NCBI GenBank assembly: GCA_036172245.1
Contig: JAYWIR010000042.1
Span: 1,426,001-1,490,000 of the forward strand
Direction of reading: 5' to 3'
Length of the DNA stretch: 64,000 nt
From: Raillietiella orientalis
Lineage: Eukaryota
Shown here piece after piece: positions 61,301 to 64,000 of this stretch. The stretch's first letter is position 1. Each line of letters begins with the position of its first letter. Under the pieces are notes generated by a model that saw only the letters and a list, made by a program, of their open reading frames with translations, made no database searches and was not told the DNA's origin. Both the position numbers and the translations under genes were made by a program.

Positions 61301-64000
61301 CACCCTTTTTGCTGAAGACGATGGGGGAAGGGGATTGAGGGATGGGAATCCCTCTTCCAGACATCCGCAGGCGGAAGGCGTACTCGGAAGAGTCGAGTTC
61401 CCGAGGCACTTATCCCACCATCTCGTTTTTACTCGGTGGAACCGATATTCGCTCAAATCCGGGGATCCCCTTGTAAAGACTCGCGAACTTCTGAGAGCCA
61501 GATGGGCTGAAGAACGTGCAGCGTTGCTCGCTCGGAATTTCAGAGAATCCACGATCTGGGATGAAGAGGGGAGGAGGGAGGGGGGAAAGGTGTTCTTCCC
61601 TCCTATGCAAATGCAGTCACCCGTGACCACTTTCCTTAGAAAGAAATGAAGTGTGCACTCATCCTGGAAGGAAGCTTCTCGGCTCCTCGGAGTATCGGGA
61701 GGACGGAACCGGAAGAATGCTCGGATCTTTAGATAGAGAGAACGGGATTTCCAGCAGCAGGATAGAAAAGGGAAGAGGTGCAGCAGGGAGAGAAAAACTT
61801 CCACTGCTCCGCATGCTTTGTAAAAACATCTCCCAGGAGAGCAATCAAGACTTCATGCCGCTCTCCATCGGGGAGGAAGGGTTTGGGAAAAAACATCCGC
61901 CCTCGAGAAGTCGTAGGCTCCTTTGAACAACTGGAGAGGTGCCCGCGAGGACTCCTGCTCCATCTTGAAACCGAAGGGGTCCCGCGGTAAGGGGGGTCCG
62001 CCCTCTGTTGCTCTCTGTTGCTCTGTTGCAGGAGGGAAAACTCCCCACTCCTTCATTCCTGGAAGGACCCTCCTCTCTTATTCTTTCTCATGCTTCTCTC
62101 TGCGTGTTGACAGACTTCACCTTCACCCTTTCTAAGGCACCTTTATCGTCCACCAAAGGGGCAGTGCCAAGAAGGCGTGATCCAGGGACACGGGAGATGC
62201 CGCTTTCCGGACGGCAGCTGGTACGAGGGGGAGCTCGCTGACTCCCTCCCGGAAGGAGAAGGGATGCTCTTCTGTGCCTCCAGCGGTACGCGCTACCGCG
62301 GCTCCTGGAGGGCTGGTCTGCGGCACGGAAACGTAAGTTTGCTTCCTGGGAGAGGAGGATGCTGACTCTCGATCCTGTCTCCTCTCACACGCATCAGGGG
62401 AGACTGGAGCTGGAAGCGGGGAGCTATTACGTTGGCCAGTGGGAGGGCAACCTCTTCCACGGCCGAGGTCTCCGGAGATACCCGTCCGGAGCCTTCTACT
62501 GCGGGGAGTGGCACCGGGGAAGAAAGCACGGAAGAGGCGTCCTGGTTCAGGAGGGAGAGCTGTACTCGGGGAACTGGGAGGAGGGACTTCCTAACGGGAC
62601 GGGCAAGCACGCCTGGCTCTCCCCGGATGGGAAGACAAGGAGGGGTCTTCCCGTTCCTTTCTTCCCCCGCAACAATGTCTACAGGTAGAATCCTTCTTGT
62701 CTTTCTGACTCCCTACCTCCCCATACTCCTATCCTTTCCACTCCACTTGCTGGAGCCAACTTGCGCTGGGAAGCTGGAAAAGCGGGAACTACATCCACAC
62801 TCCTACGGTGCAGCGGAGGGCCCTATTCTCAACCTTTCGTTTACTCCTCCCCCTTCTTTTTTCTCCTCACCCGCCTCTTGTACGGAGATCCTTGCTGGGA
62901 ATCGTCCTGTCAGCTTCCTCCTTTCTTCCCCACGGAAAGAGGAAAACGGGAATGCTCGTCCGACCGGGCAGCAACTCTCTTAGAGAGGGCTGATCCTTCT
63001 CTTATTTTTTCCTCCCTCTCCTGGAGTAAGTGTCTCGCTCGCTCCCAGGAAGCACCGGGTCCTGCCACCATGGGGGAGGTTCCTGGAGGATGGCCCCAGC
63101 GGATTCTCCCGCGTACCTCCTTTCTCTCCCCCTCTGCAGATGGTGGTTTCGTCGTCTGCTGCAAGGGGTTGGAAAGATAAAGCAGGGGAGAAGGGGAAAA
63201 GCACGTCAGACTCCTGGGGAAAGGCTGCCTCCCGTCCCATCTTCTAGCGGCCACTTCAGGAACGGAAAACGAGAGGGCCCGGGGACATTCCTGTACGCCA
63301 ACGGCTCCCGGTTCGAAGGAGGCTGGTCGTGGAACGCCAAGCACGGGCCTGGGGTCTTCGTTTCTCGCGGCGGTCACAGGCTGGAAGGGAGGTGGGATCA
63401 CGGGCGCTTCGTGAGCGGCCCGCCGGAGTCCCTCTCGCGTGCGCTGTCAGTTCCCTACTATCAGGTGGATCTTTCGAGAACAAGCATCCTCCGAGAAGGG
63501 GAGAGGCTGCGCCTGTCCCACGTAATCCTCCGGAACCTGGAGACACTCCAGGTGGCGTTCCTCGGATATGCCCGCTGTGACGTCGGCGACGATTGCGACG
63601 GTCGGGAGCGTCCGGGAGCGTCCTGCGTCCCCGGGAGGGGGAGCGGCTCCTTGGAAGGCAGCGTCTCACCCCAGTCCCGCGAGAGCGTCGACGACCTGCA
63701 GTGGGAGAGATTTCGCGTCCTCTCTGCCGGATCCTGGGAGACCTGGAGATCGCCCGGCGGTGAGTGGGGAAGTCCACCCTCTGCCACTGAGCCGAACCCC
63801 CCACCACCTGCTTCGCACCCCCCTGCCTCCCTCCCCTTCCTCTTTTGCGGTCTCCGCGCACCCCAAAGACGTGCTCCTTGATGACGTCGAGAGGAGCGTC
63901 CGAAATGCCTTCATGGAAGTTCAAATGGATGGCATGAAGCTGCAGCAGCTGCTAAAGGACGTCGGCGAGGATGTGCAGCCGGTCGCCCTCGGGAATCTCC
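58354..64000 (+). CDS. RSPH10B: MORN-repeat protein, radial spoke head 10 homolog B-like (3' end beyond the window; start uncertain)
   Basis: Exons 58665-58809, 62159-62332, 62398-62684, 63248-63759 and 63869-end encode tandem MORN repeats (YxGxWxxGxxHGxG), the RNNVYSGHFRNGKREG segment and a downstream VILRNLETLQ..Y / KLQQLLKD region recalled from RSPH10B. Upstream exons 58354-58510 and 58583-58640 are tentative. Confidence 0.78.
59400..61300 (-). mobile_element. Possible decayed Penelope-like remnant in the MORN-gene intron
   Basis: Weak ordered motifs LPHSRDAAFEPIPTAITART (about 61000), SFLSLTLDII (about 60860) and KSL*SLERAFCS (about 60070). Confidence 0.25.

Overview
Intron-containing animal genomic DNA, probably from an invertebrate (arthropod-like, inferred from many 44-60 nt introns and gene content). 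Four protein-coding genes are supported. (1) A complete 7-exon actin-related protein 6 gene (ACTR6/ARP6, minus strand, 5722-9953) in an AT-rich, CpG-poor block. (2) A fibrillin gene of about 45 exons (plus strand, 20843-46886, probable first exon 16733-16845) with the full 7 TB + 2 hybrid + cbEGF layout. (3) An ODF3/SHIPPO-repeat gene (minus strand) with two paralogous alternative last exons. (4) The 5' part of an RSPH10B-like MORN-repeat gene running off the right end. Non-genic sequence holds an L1/Tx1-like 3' fragment, several decayed Penelope-like RT remnants (all minus strand), a three-copy dispersed repeat, a beta-tubulin retro-pseudogene in a fibrillin intron and a duplicated fibrillin intron/exon junction. 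No clearly new biological system is established. The best leads concern splicing: a candidate 24-nt intron, a candidate GA-AG intron, a duplicated decoy acceptor and the duplicated terminal exons. Exon models were built by eye and homolog comparisons come from recalled family motifs, not searches.
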